Shown here: piece after piece, positions 25,847-38,368 of the stretch
How the letters are laid out: every line of letters begins with the position of its first letter
Position numbering within the stretch: the first letter of the stretch is position 1
From: Squalus acanthias
Taxonomy: Eukaryota
Direction of reading: 5' to 3'
Assembly: GCA_030390025.1 (NCBI GenBank)
Contig: CM059432.1
Location: forward strand, 68,450,001 to 68,514,000
Length of the DNA stretch: 64,000 bases
Notes under the pieces: model-generated
What the model was told of the DNA's origin: nothing
The model's database searches: none
The model's input: only the letters and a program-made list of their open reading frames with translations
Translations under genes and position numbers: made by a program

Positions 25847-26891
25847 GTTGAACATTGCCAAGGGGACAATGGAAAGGCTCTCTAGCGGAGTTGACTGACT
25901 TGTCCAAATAGTGTGAGACAGCAATAAGTAAATCAAACATGATACTGGATTATATTACCAAATTATAAAATCCCCCTAGGTTAGCATTAATTTGTACAAT
26001 GCTCTGGTCAGATCCCAACTAGACCACAGTGCACAGTTCTGGATACAGCAACATGGGAGAGGGGAGCAATCAGGTATTCATGTTGTTGCAGGAGAGAGCA
26101 GCAAGGCTGATCCCTGGTGTTAGAAGGATGAGCTGTGAAGAACAACTTTATAAGTTGGCTCTCCAGTTTCAAAAAGAGATATTTCAGAAAGGATTTCATA
26201 TAGGCTTATAAAGAGCTATCATGCTCAAAGTGCCTTTGGTCTGAATAATTTCTGTCTACTTGAAAACTGAGAACACATGTAACTAGATAATTTGGTTGGG
26301 TACCGTACCTGACAATATGTTACATTTGTTGGATACAGAGCTATTTTTCATATCCATAGAAAAGATGTATAATATAAAATCATAATTTCCTTGACACAAA
26401 CAAGAATGCACTAATGGTTATCCTGACACTGCACATCAAAGAGTGTCACAGAGCAACACATTTTTCAATTGGTAACCAGCAGCTTCATGTGTACATTTAT
26501 AATGTGATTTTTAATGAATAAGGTCAGCAAAGTTATATAAAAATGTATTTAGATAATTAAGTCTAATTGGAGAACTAATTTCTTAGTGAATTTCATACTG
26601 ATATATCATGTGAAAATCAGAAATTATGGAACAAGAAAAAAATAGTTGGCCCATCAAGCCTGCTACTTCTAAGTATAGGTTTCACTGTTATGGGCTCTCC
26701 TCATTTTACTTAATGTCTTGAGAGAGGTGAACTACCACAAACAAAACTTCTAAGAGAAAACTTTCTGATATTTTTCCTTGATCCCCAATATAATAACTCA
26801 AAAACTATTGGTTTTATGTTACAATCTAGATTACTTAACGTTGACTAGGTGTTTTTTTATAGATATCATTGCTATGGCCCATTGAGTATAT

Positions 26892-27050
26892 AAGAACATA
26901 AGAAATAGGAGCTGGAGTAGGCCATTTGGCCCTTTGAGCCTGCTCCGCCATCAACAAGGTCATGGCTGATCTTCTACCTCAACTCCACTTTCCCGCACTA
27001 TCCCCATATCCCTTAGTTCCCAAAAATTTATCGGCCTCTGTCTTGAATAT
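26892..27050 (-). mobile_element. CR1 3' UTR fragment
   Basis: TAAGAACATAAGAAATAGGAGC tail and terminal hairpin. Confidence 0.8.
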
Positions 27051-27077
27051 GATCGTTCATGACTATACTCATCCTTA

Positions 27078-27440
27078 TAAACATAGAAACATAGAATCTA
27101 GGAGCAGGAGTAGGCCATTCGGCCCGTCGAGCCTGCTCCGCCATTCAATACGATCATGGCTGATCATCCAAATCCAGTACCCTGTCCCTGCTTTAATCCC
27201 CACAGTACACATATCCTACCCTATCCCCGTAACCCCGTAACCCCACGTATTTAATTCCCCCTAACATATCCCATCCTATCCCCATAACCCCACATATTTA
27301 ATCCCCCCTAACACTAAGGGTCAATTTATCATAGCCAAATCAACCTAACCCACACATTTTTGGACTGTGGGAGGAAACCGGAGCACCCGGAGGAAACCCA
27401 CGCAGACACGGGGAGAATGTGCAAACTCCACACAGACAGT
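27078..27440 (-). mobile_element. HE1-like V-SINE with a CR1-type 3' tail
   Basis: V-domain sequence TGGGAGGAAACCGGAGCACCCGGAGGAAACCCACGCAGACACGGGGAGAATGTGCAAACTCCACACAGAC joined to a CR1 tail; internal ~50 bp duplication. Confidence 0.8.
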
Positions 27441-28002
27441 TATACTGCTCATAACCAGATATTATCCATTTCAAAGAGTTCAATAAAATAGCACTGACTG
27501 CATTTAATGGGAATCTGTTCTAATTTCTATTCTCACTTGAGACTAATCATTTTTTTTTACTTATGTCAATATTTTGTTTACAAGATTTATGCCTTTTAAC
27601 AGATCATGTCATCTGTCAATATTATTTTCTTGTGAGAAAATGTTCACTTGTGTCAGGCCAACCTCATGACTTAAAATTTTGAGTTTTGAGTAATCAATAT
27701 TATAATATTATGGAAACAGTTAGTGTTATAGCATTATAGAAAGTATAACAATTGATCTCTATGTATAAAGGGCACAAGTGAGTTAGAATTCATTTGCAAA
27801 TGAATAATCAAGGGCTGGCTTACTGATGGATTAAAGCGTGCAGTTCTTCATTACTTTCTGCTGTATGTAAAATGTACAATTTATAGAATCCATGTGAAGA
27901 GTTCCTATAACCTCAGTGAACATGCAGCAGTAGACTGGAGGAGGTGTCATTTATCCAAGACATTCTGCCTCTCTGCTGCTCTGCCTCATGCTCTCTTTGA
28001 CA

Positions 28003-28287
28003 GCACCTCTACCACCTAGAAGGACAAGGGCAGCAGGCGTATGGGAACAAGTTCCCCTCCAAGTCATACACCATCCTGACTTGGAAATATATCGCCATTC
28101 CTTCGTCGTCGCTGGGTCAAAATCCTGGAACTCCCTCCCTAACAGCACTGTGGGAGTACCTTCACCACACGGACTGCAGCGGTTCAAGAAGGCGGCTCAC
28201 CACCACCTTCTCAAGGGGCAGTTAGGGATGGGCAATAAATGCTGGCCTTGCCAGCAACGCCCACATCCCACGAATGAATAAATAAAA
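28003..28287 (+). mobile_element. 3' end of the second CR1-group LINE family
   Basis: KSWNSLPNSTVG..GLQRFKKAAHHHLLKG and an AATGAATAAAT tail. Confidence 0.85.
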
Positions 28288-28579
28288 ATGTAAAACATAG
28301 GGATGTTGGGTGAGTTATGGTTTCCCTTGCATTTTGTACATAGGAAGTCACCTTTTTAGTATTATTTTTATTCATTCTCTCATGTGGGCATCACTGGCAA
28401 GGCCATTATTTATTGTCCATCACTTGTTGCCCTTAAGAAGATTGTAGTGGGCCTTCTTCTTGAACTGTGTTGTGTGGCATGCCTGAGTCCCATCTTGGAG
28501 AGGCAGGACACTTTATTATAATAATTAAATCAGGCTCCCACAGTGCAGTTGCGAGCCTGATTTGAATGTATCAGATGCT

Positions 28580-29257
28580 GGCCGGATTTCCCCGGGCTCG
28601 GGAAACACGGCAGCTAAATGGAGACGGGAGCAACTGGCTGCAGAAGGTAAGTGCTTTTTAGCGCACTCCTTGTGGTCCAGGAGTAGCAGGAGTGTTCCAC
28701 CCCCGGCCCCCACCGGCCCCTCAAGCAAACCTTCTGCCGATCACGGCCTCTTCTCGCCGCTGCGATCAGCCAACCCTCCAACCCCAGATCCCAAGACTCC
28801 TGCCCTACAATCTGCCGATGCCCTCAACCCCCGACCCCGAGCCTCCTGCCCCGCGATCTGCTGATCCCACCCCCCTCCAACTACCGACCTCAAGCTTCCT
28901 GCCCCGCGATCTGCTACCACCCTCCCCTCCAACCTCCAATCTTTCGCTCCCTCCTGATTGCCGGGTTCCAACTCCCCACCCCAACCAACCCCCGATCTTT
29001 CCTAATTGCCAGTGACCATCCCCAATGGTCCACGCTGCAGCCTCCTGCTGCTGGCTTTCCTGTCCAGCAGCCAGCCAGCTTGTCAATCTGGCCGGCTGTT
29101 GGGTGGGAAATGGAATAAAAGAATGATAATGAGGAGCTGCCATTAAATTCGGCAGGACCTCTACGTCCCCAGGATTTCCGAAAGTCCACCCCCACCCCGC
29201 CCCCACCACTAATATGCTCCCCCGCTCTCTCCCCACCTCCTCGTAAATATCGGGGCC
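28580..29257. mobile_element. MITE-like / unclassified DNA element with a C-rich degenerate tandem core
   Basis: GGCC termini with weak inverted similarity; CpG-rich ends; C-rich CCGATC-type repeats. Confidence 0.45.
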
Positions 29258-32012
29258 ATAATGTTTGGAATAATGAACAGTGTCAGTTGAATGTCTCTGT
29301 GACTTTAGGGAATGTTTTTATGAGTGGCTCTTTTGCTGAAATACATTATATATAATTATCTTAATAATGATTTACTATCTTTATAGTAATGGTAATCAGT
29401 ATTATCCTAATGTCATACATTAACAATTAGTAGATCAATTGTAGACCACAGAATAAATGCAATTTTCATTCAGCTTCAGAAACATTCATTTTTCTGTGAG
29501 AGCTGATGCTATGAAGTCAAGAAGATGAAAATAAAATACAAATTTAGGGAAAAAGCAAGCAATAAATTATATATTAGCATAATAAAGTGCTAACTCAAAA
29601 CAGTGTGTATCACACTCTTAGCACACTAGAGACTCTTTTATACTGATCAATCCATCATTTCTAAACAGTTGTTATTGTGCCAAACTTCATGGCAAATGCA
29701 CAGCTTTTCATTCAGTATTACCTAATTGTCCTGTGGGAATGCTACAGCCACTAATATTTTGTATGAATAAAAAATCAATAATAATTTACCTGAGTGAAAT
29801 AACATTCAGCAGGATATTTAGCTCTCCCTTAATAAAAAACTACTCTTGGGAGCCAAGCAAAAATAACGTAATGAGGGGATCATTCTATGTGAAATCCATT
29901 AAAAAAAACATACAGTGCTACTGTGTATCAAAATCAACTGTGTTCTTCAGAAGAGACCTTACTGGTTGATTTATTGAAATGTAAAGCAGAATTCCACAGA
30001 ATAATAGCAGAACTCCACAGAGCAGCAGACTTAAGATGCAAAATACTCAGTTTAATCTAACACAGTTAAATCATTATCAATTATTTGTTCACGGAAATTG
30101 ATCAGTTGCAGACGGAATAAGACATTTGAGTTACAAAATGTTCTGTTTAATTTATTAATCTGCTCAACTGAAAAAGTGTCTATTTTAAAGCTGAAAAATT
30201 GTAGGAAATACTCTAATTTTTGGACCATTTTAAAGTTGAAAGTAGTGGAAAATATACTGTACATTTAGGAGCCAAGCAAAAATAGCATTGTGTCCAAAAT
30301 AGTGCTTTAAAAGAGGGTTTTGTATCTAGGGAAAGCTGCATTAGAGACTTAATTGAAGATGGATGATTGTAGAACAAACTCTGAGTTCCTGTTGATTTCA
30401 CTTATAAGTCTGTTGTAATAAAATCTTTGTATTAAGGGTTTTTGCGTTCAAAGACCTGCTGAAACTCACTGGTGTCAATATTTGTCTCCATTATGCCCCC
30501 AGTGGAGAAAATGGGAAGCGATGGAGTGATAAATTTGGCATAGATCAATTCCACTTGATATCTGCCTCTTTCTGGCCCCATTGGATTTCCCTGTCAGATG
30601 TGGGGACAGTGTCCAAAGCTCCCATCTGAAAAAGGCTTCATTAGGATCAACAAAAGCTATCCTGCACCCCATTTCTTGATGTGCAGTATGCAGGCCATCA
30701 AGTGTAACCCATGCCGTGGAAAGCTGGCATTCAATGTTTCTAGGGATTGACAGGTCAGGTGGGATTTGATGCCAATTCTACTGAATGGAAAGTAGGTATT
30801 TTTAGGCCCTTTCTGCATTGTTTGGAAGAAGAACAAACCTATGGAGGAGTGCCAGGCAGGTTAGGTTCCCTAACAGATGCTCTGTGCCTTCTCACTAGCA
30901 TCCACAAACCCACATTTGCAGACAGAATTGATGTTCCCTCACTTTGGCAGACATAGTGCTAGTGGATGCTCCTCTTTACAAGGGTAGCTGCGACAACAGA
31001 TCCCTGATGGCAGTCTAAACTATGTGAAAACCTAACTATCTATTATGCTGGATGGTTCTTCAGAAGCATATCATGCTTTAGGTAGTACTGCATGATAAAG
31101 GCATGCTAGGGGGGTGATCAAGTGCCAGCATCATCTGAGTAGCCACATCTGCCAAGATCTCACCAACCATTTCTCCAGGCACTGGCACAACTATTTGACA
31201 ATGACGATGGGAACCAGTCTTCTCAGGATCTGGATGAACAAAGAGGCAGATGCACAGCTGTGCCATCTGCTGTAAGGACATCTGCAACTCCATGCTGCAA
31301 AGGGCTAGCAAAAATAGTCAGCTGCAGCATGAAATTTGGCTGCACTTCTTTGCAAGTATGTGCAATGCCGACCTATGGGGATGGTACCATGGAATGGCAC
31401 AGTCCTCTCTGTAAGCACCTCATGCAGCATCATTTCAACTATAACAGCCATCAAACAGGGGGTTGGTTGCTGGGTGGCTGCATTCCTGGCCTGTAGACTC
31501 ATACCCATGACTAAAGTTCCTTTTCTCTGAATTCTCCCTGCCTCTTAGTCCTCTACCCCTTCAACATTGGCAAAAGCTGCTGATAGGTTGAGATGCCTTT
31601 TGAGTCTCTCCAGTGCTTGCAAGATTTTTGTCCCCCTAATGTGACATGTAGCTTTACACCACTGATAAGAAAATGACACACTTTTGAGAGATGGTGTGTG
31701 CTGGAACAATGGTCAAGCAGCAAATAAGACATGGTACAAGGTATTAATATATTACTAGCAGTCTTTCACATTTCAGAACTATAGATGGTTCCAGTATGGA
31801 TTCTATAGTAATCTCTGACCATGTTCCATTTCTATGGCATTGTCTTTTAGTAATACAGACAAGTCCCTCTGGTTATAATTCAACAATCCACTGTTGAAAC
31901 AACTGGAGTTTAATAAAAGTGCACTATCTTCAAGAAATGTGGTTTGGGAAACATTTTTTTAAATTCTTCATAAGCATACAATGTGATGAGGTAATTCACA
32001 TTGAAACTCATT

Positions 32013-33549
32013 GGCCCGGATTTTGCAATGGTAATGATGGCGACATTGTCAGTGTTTGCCGTCATTACTCCTCTGAAAGTGACAGCAACTTCTGGAGTCA
32101 GCGCATGCGCAGATAAACGTGGAAATCCAGAAGTTGCTGTCAGTCATTCCCTGCTCCTCCACAGGTTGCGCTGTGGAACTCCCTGGAGCCGGCAATCAAT
32201 TCTAATCACAGTTCTTGAAGAAAACTTCCTCTATTACGCTGGAATATCGCTGTTAAACCCCCCACTACCCCCCTCCAAAAAAGTTAAGCCTTGTTGAAAG
32301 TGGTGTAACTGGGTTTTTAACAGCGTATTGACTGCTGAACAACCATCCTGGCCCTGAAAAACTAATTTTATATTTGTGGAATGCCAAATTTTTTAATTAA
32401 TATAATGGCCCAGAAATTTGACTCGGAGGCTTGCCGTGGGGGTAAGGATCGCGCGCGATATCACACTCCGCGCCGACCGTTGTGTTTTGGGCCCACAGGA
32501 ACTTCGGGTCCTGGGCCTGCTCCAAGTGCCGGCGCGCAGTGTGTGCGTGTCCCAGGGGCGCAGTTAGTGCGATGCGATCTCTGGGATCACGTGGGCCATG
32601 GAGAGCCAATGGCAGCAGACTATCTTTCATTCATAGATTTGACAGGAGACTTGTCAAATCTGTGAATTGAAAGAGACCCCAAAAGAACAGCTAAACCTCA
32701 AATAATTTTTTTTAAAAACCCATCACATTAATAAAATAACTATAGTTAAATAAATTAACCACTTTAAACAAAAATTTAAATTTTTGAAAAAAAATTAAAA
32801 AAAAATTTTTAAGTTATAAAAATAAACTTACCTTTCTTTAAAGTCTCTAAAAAAGATAAACCTGTTGAAAAAAATAAAAAAATATACTTAATTAACTACT
32901 TACCTTGTTCAAAAGGGGTCTTACGCCTCCTTTTTACATGTGTATAATCTTCCATACTTACCCTCGCGTTGAAACCTGAAAAAAAACCTAAGTGTGCTGC
33001 GTGCGCACAGCCTGTAGTGTGCATGCGGTTCACCTAGGAACCGCCCCCTTCGCCATACCAGAAGTGCCGGTTTCCCGCGCATGCGCAGTGCATGCAGGAA
33101 ACCGACACTTCGGGTTTGAATACGGGTGAGTACAGAGCGCGTACTCACCCGGGAAGGGCCAAATTTTTGGGCAATAAGAATTACATGGCTTTTAATATAT
33201 ATTTTTTTAAAGTTCGTTTATGATATTTCAGCTTCTACCTTAATCCTATTTGTATGTTCCAATCTTTATTTCACTCTCTGTAAAATTTATAAAAAAGTAA
33301 ATTATAATCTGTGCATTTTACTTCCTTGTTTGCTGTCAGTGAGAATTCTTCAATATGATTGACTGCTTAGCATGCTTGATGTCATCACTGTTGCCGGACG
33401 CTGGAGATTCGTTTGATTTGACGCCAGATTCAAACTAAGGTTGGGAGAGCTGAAATCCATGCCACAGAGATCGCTAGATCTTTGTGGGCAACTTTCTTCG
33501 AGGTCAGCGGCGAGCGCCATCGCTTTGCCACTGACTGCAAATTCCGGCC
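32013..33549. mobile_element. Harbinger-type MITE (outer)
   Basis: TIRs GGCCCGGATTTTGCA / TGCAAATTCCGGCC; ATT on both flanks (3-bp TSD). Confidence 0.75.
32406..33174. mobile_element. Hairpin-rich Harbinger-type MITE, copy 1 (nested)
   Basis: TIRs TGGCCCAGAAATTT / AAATTTTTGGGCAA; 3-bp TSD (TAA, or AAT depending on register); homologous to 44431-45172. Confidence 0.85.
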
Positions 33550-34599
33550 ATTATCTTTTAACTAGCAAAGGATGTCGATGATCAGCCATGATCTTATTGA
33601 ATGGCGGAGCTGGCTCGAGGGGTCATACGGCCTACTCCTGCTCCTATTTCTTATTGTGATAAGATGATGCACAGCTCTTATGGCACTTCATTCTCCCCAA
33701 ACTAAAAAAGTATTTATCCCATTATGTTCATGAAGACAGTGCCGCTTTAAGATGTTGGAAAAAGTGATTCATCAATTTATTCATATAAACAAGGGGACAA
33801 AATACTTAGATGAAATGCTTTAGTAGGTCTTCATGGTAGCAGAAGAGCAGAAAAGGTGATTGTAAATTAAAGAATTACAAGAAGAGTTACAGATGTGCAA
33901 AAGGAATGAGAAAGAAAACCCGAAGGAAACTAAAATTCCTATTGATGGCTCATGCAGAATTTGCTACGAGAAAGAAGATACAGCAGGGAATTTGCTGACT
34001 GCTGGCTAAAAAAATTCTGCTAGTGTCACTGCATGCCAGGAATTTACAAAATAAGAACAGGGGTGGTCACAAATAACCCTAAGGAAAATAATTACTACCT
34101 ACTGGGATATCAATGACATTTTTATGGCTCTAAAATAAAATTAGAGGGTGACAAGGTGAAAGAATTATTTGAAAAGTTAGAAACTCATAGAATATCAGAA
34201 TCCCAATGAATGAGAAAAAGTACCATGAGATATTTAACATCCACCAGAAAAGACAAATGGAGCTTAGGTTTAATATCTCTGACAATGGGAATTGCTGGAA
34301 TAACTGATGAGGAACTGTAAGGTCTGAAAAATGATGAAGCACCTGAGAACAATTATTGCATTATAGGATCTTGTAGGTAGTTCATACCACAGATAAGGAA
34401 ATGCTGCAAGTTATTTACAATCAGAAACTAACAGGGAAGATGCACAACTTCATAAATTCAGCTCTCATCTCAATCTTTAAAACAAGAAAGATCCTAAAAT
34501 CTGTGGGAGCGACTGGCTCCTATCATGCTAAATTGTGATGAGAATTAGGAAAAGGTTCAATGGGGACAAGAACGACGTTTCTAAAAATGAGATTTTTTA

Positions 34600-36136
34600 A
34601 AATTAGTTCCTGGGATGTGGGCATCGCTGGCAAGTCCAGCATTTATTGCCCATCCCTAGTTGCCCTTGAGAAGGTGGTGGTGAGCGCCTTCTTGAACTGC
34701 TGCAGTCCTTGTGGTGATGGTACTCCCACAGTGCTGTTAGGAAGAGAGTTCCAGGATTTTGACCCAGCGACAATGAAGGAACGGCAATGGTGTGTAACTT
34801 GATGGGAAACTTGCAGGTGATGGTGTTCCCATGCGCCTGCTGCCCTTGTCCTTCAAGGTGGTCGAGGTCATGGGTTTGGGAGGTGCTGCTGAAGAAGCCT
34901 TGGCGAGTTGCTGCAGTGCATCTTGTAGATGGTACACACTGCAGCCATGGTGCGCCGGTGGTGGAGGGAGTGAATGTTTAAGGTGGTGGATGGGGTGCCA
35001 ATCAAGCGGGCTGCTTTGTCGTGGATGGTGTCGAGCTTCTTGAGTGTTGTTGGAGCTGCACTCATCCAGGCAAGTGGAGAGTATTCCATCACACTCCTGA
35101 CGTGTGCCTTGTAGATGGTGGAAAGGCTTTGGGGAGTCAGGAGGTGAGACACTTGCCACAGAATACCCAATCTCTGGCCTGCTCTTGTAGACACAGTATG
35201 TATGTGGCTGGTCCAGTTAAGTTTCTGGTCAATGGTTACCCCCTGGATTTTGATGGTGGGGATTCGGCAATGGTAAGGCCGTTGAATGTCAAGGGGAGGT
35301 GGTTGGACTGTCGCTTGTTGGAGATAGTCATTGCCTGGCACTTGTGTGGTGTGAATGTTACTTGCCACTTATCAGCCCAAGCCTGAATGTCATCCAGGTC
35401 TTGCTGAATTTGAGCATGGACTGATTCATTATCTGAGGAGTTGCGAATGGAACTGAACACTGTGCAATCATCAGCGAACATCCCACTTTTGACCTTATGA
35501 TAGAGGGAAGGTCATTGATGAAGCAGCTGAAGCTGGTTGGACCTAGGACACTGCCCTGAGGAACTCCTGCAGCGATGTCCTGGGGCTGAGATGATTGATC
35601 TCCAAGAACTACAACCATCTTACTTTGTGCTAGGTATGACTCCAGCCAGTGGAGAGTTTTCCCCCTGATTCCCATTGACTTCAATTTTACTAGGGGTCCT
35701 TGATGCCACACTCGGTCAAATGCTGCCTTGATGTCAAGGGCAGTCACTCTCACCTCACCTCTGGAAGTCAGCTCCTTTGTCCATGTTTGGACCAAGGCTG
35801 TAATGAGGTATGGAGCTGAATGGTCCTGACGGAACCCAAACTGAGCATCGGTGAGCAGGTTATTGGTGAGTAAGTGCCGCTTGATAACACTGTCGACGAC
35901 ACCTTCCATCACTTTGCTGATGATTGAGTGTAGACTGATGGGGCGGTAATTGGCCGGGTTGGATTTGTCCTGCTTTTTGTGGACAGGACATACCTGGGCA
36001 GTTTTCCACATTGTCGGGTAGATGCCAGTGTTGTAGCTGTACTGGAACAGCTTGGCTAGAGTCACGGCTAGTTCTGGAGCACAAGTCTTCAGCACGACAG
36101 CCGGGATGTTGTCAGGGTCCATAGCCTTTGCTGTAC
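34600..36136 (-). mobile_element. Second CR1-group LINE family, RT domain to 3' end
   Basis: ORFs 35358-36182, 35236-35481 and 34868-35368: NYRPISL, ALDIKAAFDRVWH, GVPQGSVLGP, MFADD; frameshifted. Confidence 0.92.
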
Positions 36137-36570
36137 CTGGAATATGAGATGCCTGTTTTGCATCTTCCATAAAGTTCAACATTGACCAAATCTTAATTAG
36201 TATGGAGATAATAATTGATCTTCATTGGTCACCCAAAGGAAGGAACTTCTCGGGGGAAAATGGCTGACTCCCAGAGAAGTGATGGAGACTCATTACATAT
36301 TTTCATTTTGTTAAAAATAAAGAATAATTATGGTGAGACCATAAATGGAAGGAAAGTCTTAGGATACTTAACCACCTATGTTATCTTCTACATTGTTACT
36401 TAGTCATTTATCCACATGGTTTATCCCTCTGCTTAGCAATTCTCACAGAAGTGTTGGAGGGGGGATGTTTCTGCTGAGTTATTTTATATGGAGCCAAGGA
36501 AGAAGAAACTGAATGTCCCAGTGATAGAAGCATGGAAATATCTAATGGAGATTGAGTAAACCATTAACGT

Positions 36571-38368
36571 GGGGCTGTATTTTCCGGAGGGTCAGCGGAC
36601 GCAATCGGTGGCGAGTCGGGTGGGAAAGTGCTTTTTTCCCCCAGTGGGCCGGGCTCCCGCTGCCACGCGCCTTTTCCAAATGTCGGGTCTGTCAGCGCTG
36701 AGCAGACCCGACATGCAGCGGCGGGTTCACAACGGGGGACCCAATTCAGGTAATTAGTGGCTTGTTTAGAGCCACTTAAGAATGAATTTCAGCTCGCCTT
36801 CTGCATTTGACAGCTCGCCCACAGGGTCCACACTGGTCGTGGACCACGTCTGTCAAGCTGAGGTGGGAGGTCAGTGGCCACTGAATCAGCTGTTGAGTTG
36901 ACAGCTTCAAATGTACAATAAGAGCTCCCCCCTTACAGAGATATCTTCCCTCAGCCACAAACTCTTCCTCACTGCATTTCCACAACAGATTCACCATGCT
37001 GCAAGTCTTTACACAAGCCTCCATCCAGTCTAACCTCATTACCTCTCTCACCATTGACAGATCGCTTCTGTCATCTGTACTTCACCTGCCATCTATTCCA
37101 TCAGCATGGGTGCCCTTTATACTCTCTCACCTTGGTTCTCAGAATCCCACCACGATCAGCCCCAACACCAGCAGCACCAGGCACACCAGCAGCACCAGGC
37201 ACACCCGCAGCACCAACAACAACACCACCAACCTTCTCCGCAATCGCCTGATGCTGCACAGGACAGAGGGCATCAGCACCCGACCACATTGCTGCCCGGG
37301 AGGCCAGGGATGGCCTCACCATGGCCAGATTTACTTCACTTGACCCTGTATACCCTGGCTGCAACATGATGCGTCAGGTTGACACCACCCCACACCAACA
37401 CCATAAAGCATCCTTACAATGCCCAAGCCATTCCTTTCACACTCCTCAGCATTGCGGGGGGTACCATTATGTCTCACCATTCACTGCAACTCACAAAGCC
37501 ACTTCCAAAGGTGCATACAAATCTGTGCAAGAATGCAAAGTGTTATAAATAAAAGTTTCAATGTTTGACACCACATTAACAGAAATTTTACATGAACATT
37601 GCATAAAACACCCAAGTGCCTACCCTTGTGTGTTGTAAGTTGGTATGATTGCACTAGGATGAGGGTGAGTGTGAGGGGTGGCTAGTGAGATGGGGATGTG
37701 ATAATGTAGATAGAGAGAGAGGGATGGGTGGAGGTGCAAGGTAAGTTGGTGTGAGTAAGGATGTGCAGGAGTAGGGTAGGGAAGGCAGAGTGATGGGGAT
37801 GTGAAGAGAGACACAGCAGGATGAGGTTGAGTGTGGCTTTGTACTAATGTTTCGTGATCTACTGAGACCATTGAAACGTTTGCCGCACTGCACCCAGGTC
37901 CTCCTGACCACATCCCTGCTTGTGTCCTCCTCTGCAATGTGCAACCAGGCTGTGTTGGTATCCTGGGGAGGTCTCTTCCGCCCATGGGAAGGGAAGAGAA
38001 CCTCCCTGTGTGCTGTGACTCCCTCCATAAGCATATGGAGGGAGTCATGGGAGAGCCTGGGTGCAGCCCTGCGACTCGGTGCAGTGATGGTCAGTGTTTG
38101 CAGCAGCTCAATGCTGTAGAACACTGACAGCACAAATGTCAAAATAAAGTTGGCCATGGTCCCTTTAAGGAAACCAGCTGATGACGTGTCATCAAATGAC
38201 GTCACCAGACCCGCTTCCTCTAATTGGCTGGCAAACACGCTGGGCGGGCTTAATAAGCCCAATCTCAGGAAATTCATTTCAGAGGCCGGGATGGAGCCAG
38301 CAGCGGGGTCGGGACCCGCCACCGAGATTGCCCGACACGGACCCACCGAGGTCAGCAAAATTGCGGCC
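36571..38368 (+). mobile_element. Non-autonomous Harbinger derivative, copy 2
   Basis: Imperfect TIRs; Myb remnant RRAAPR..WLHIAEEDTSRDVVRRTWVQCGKRFNGL on the minus strand; 18-bp tandem repeat near 37165-37215. Confidence 0.85.

Noticed and set aside
28525..29236. Overlapping Pro/Gly-rich ORFs (also 55973-56714)
   Set aside because: By-products of C/G-rich low-complexity TE cores.
37165..37235. CRISPR-like or coding tandem repeat
   Set aside because: Simple 18-bp tandem units with no unique spacers inside a eukaryotic TE; no cas genes.
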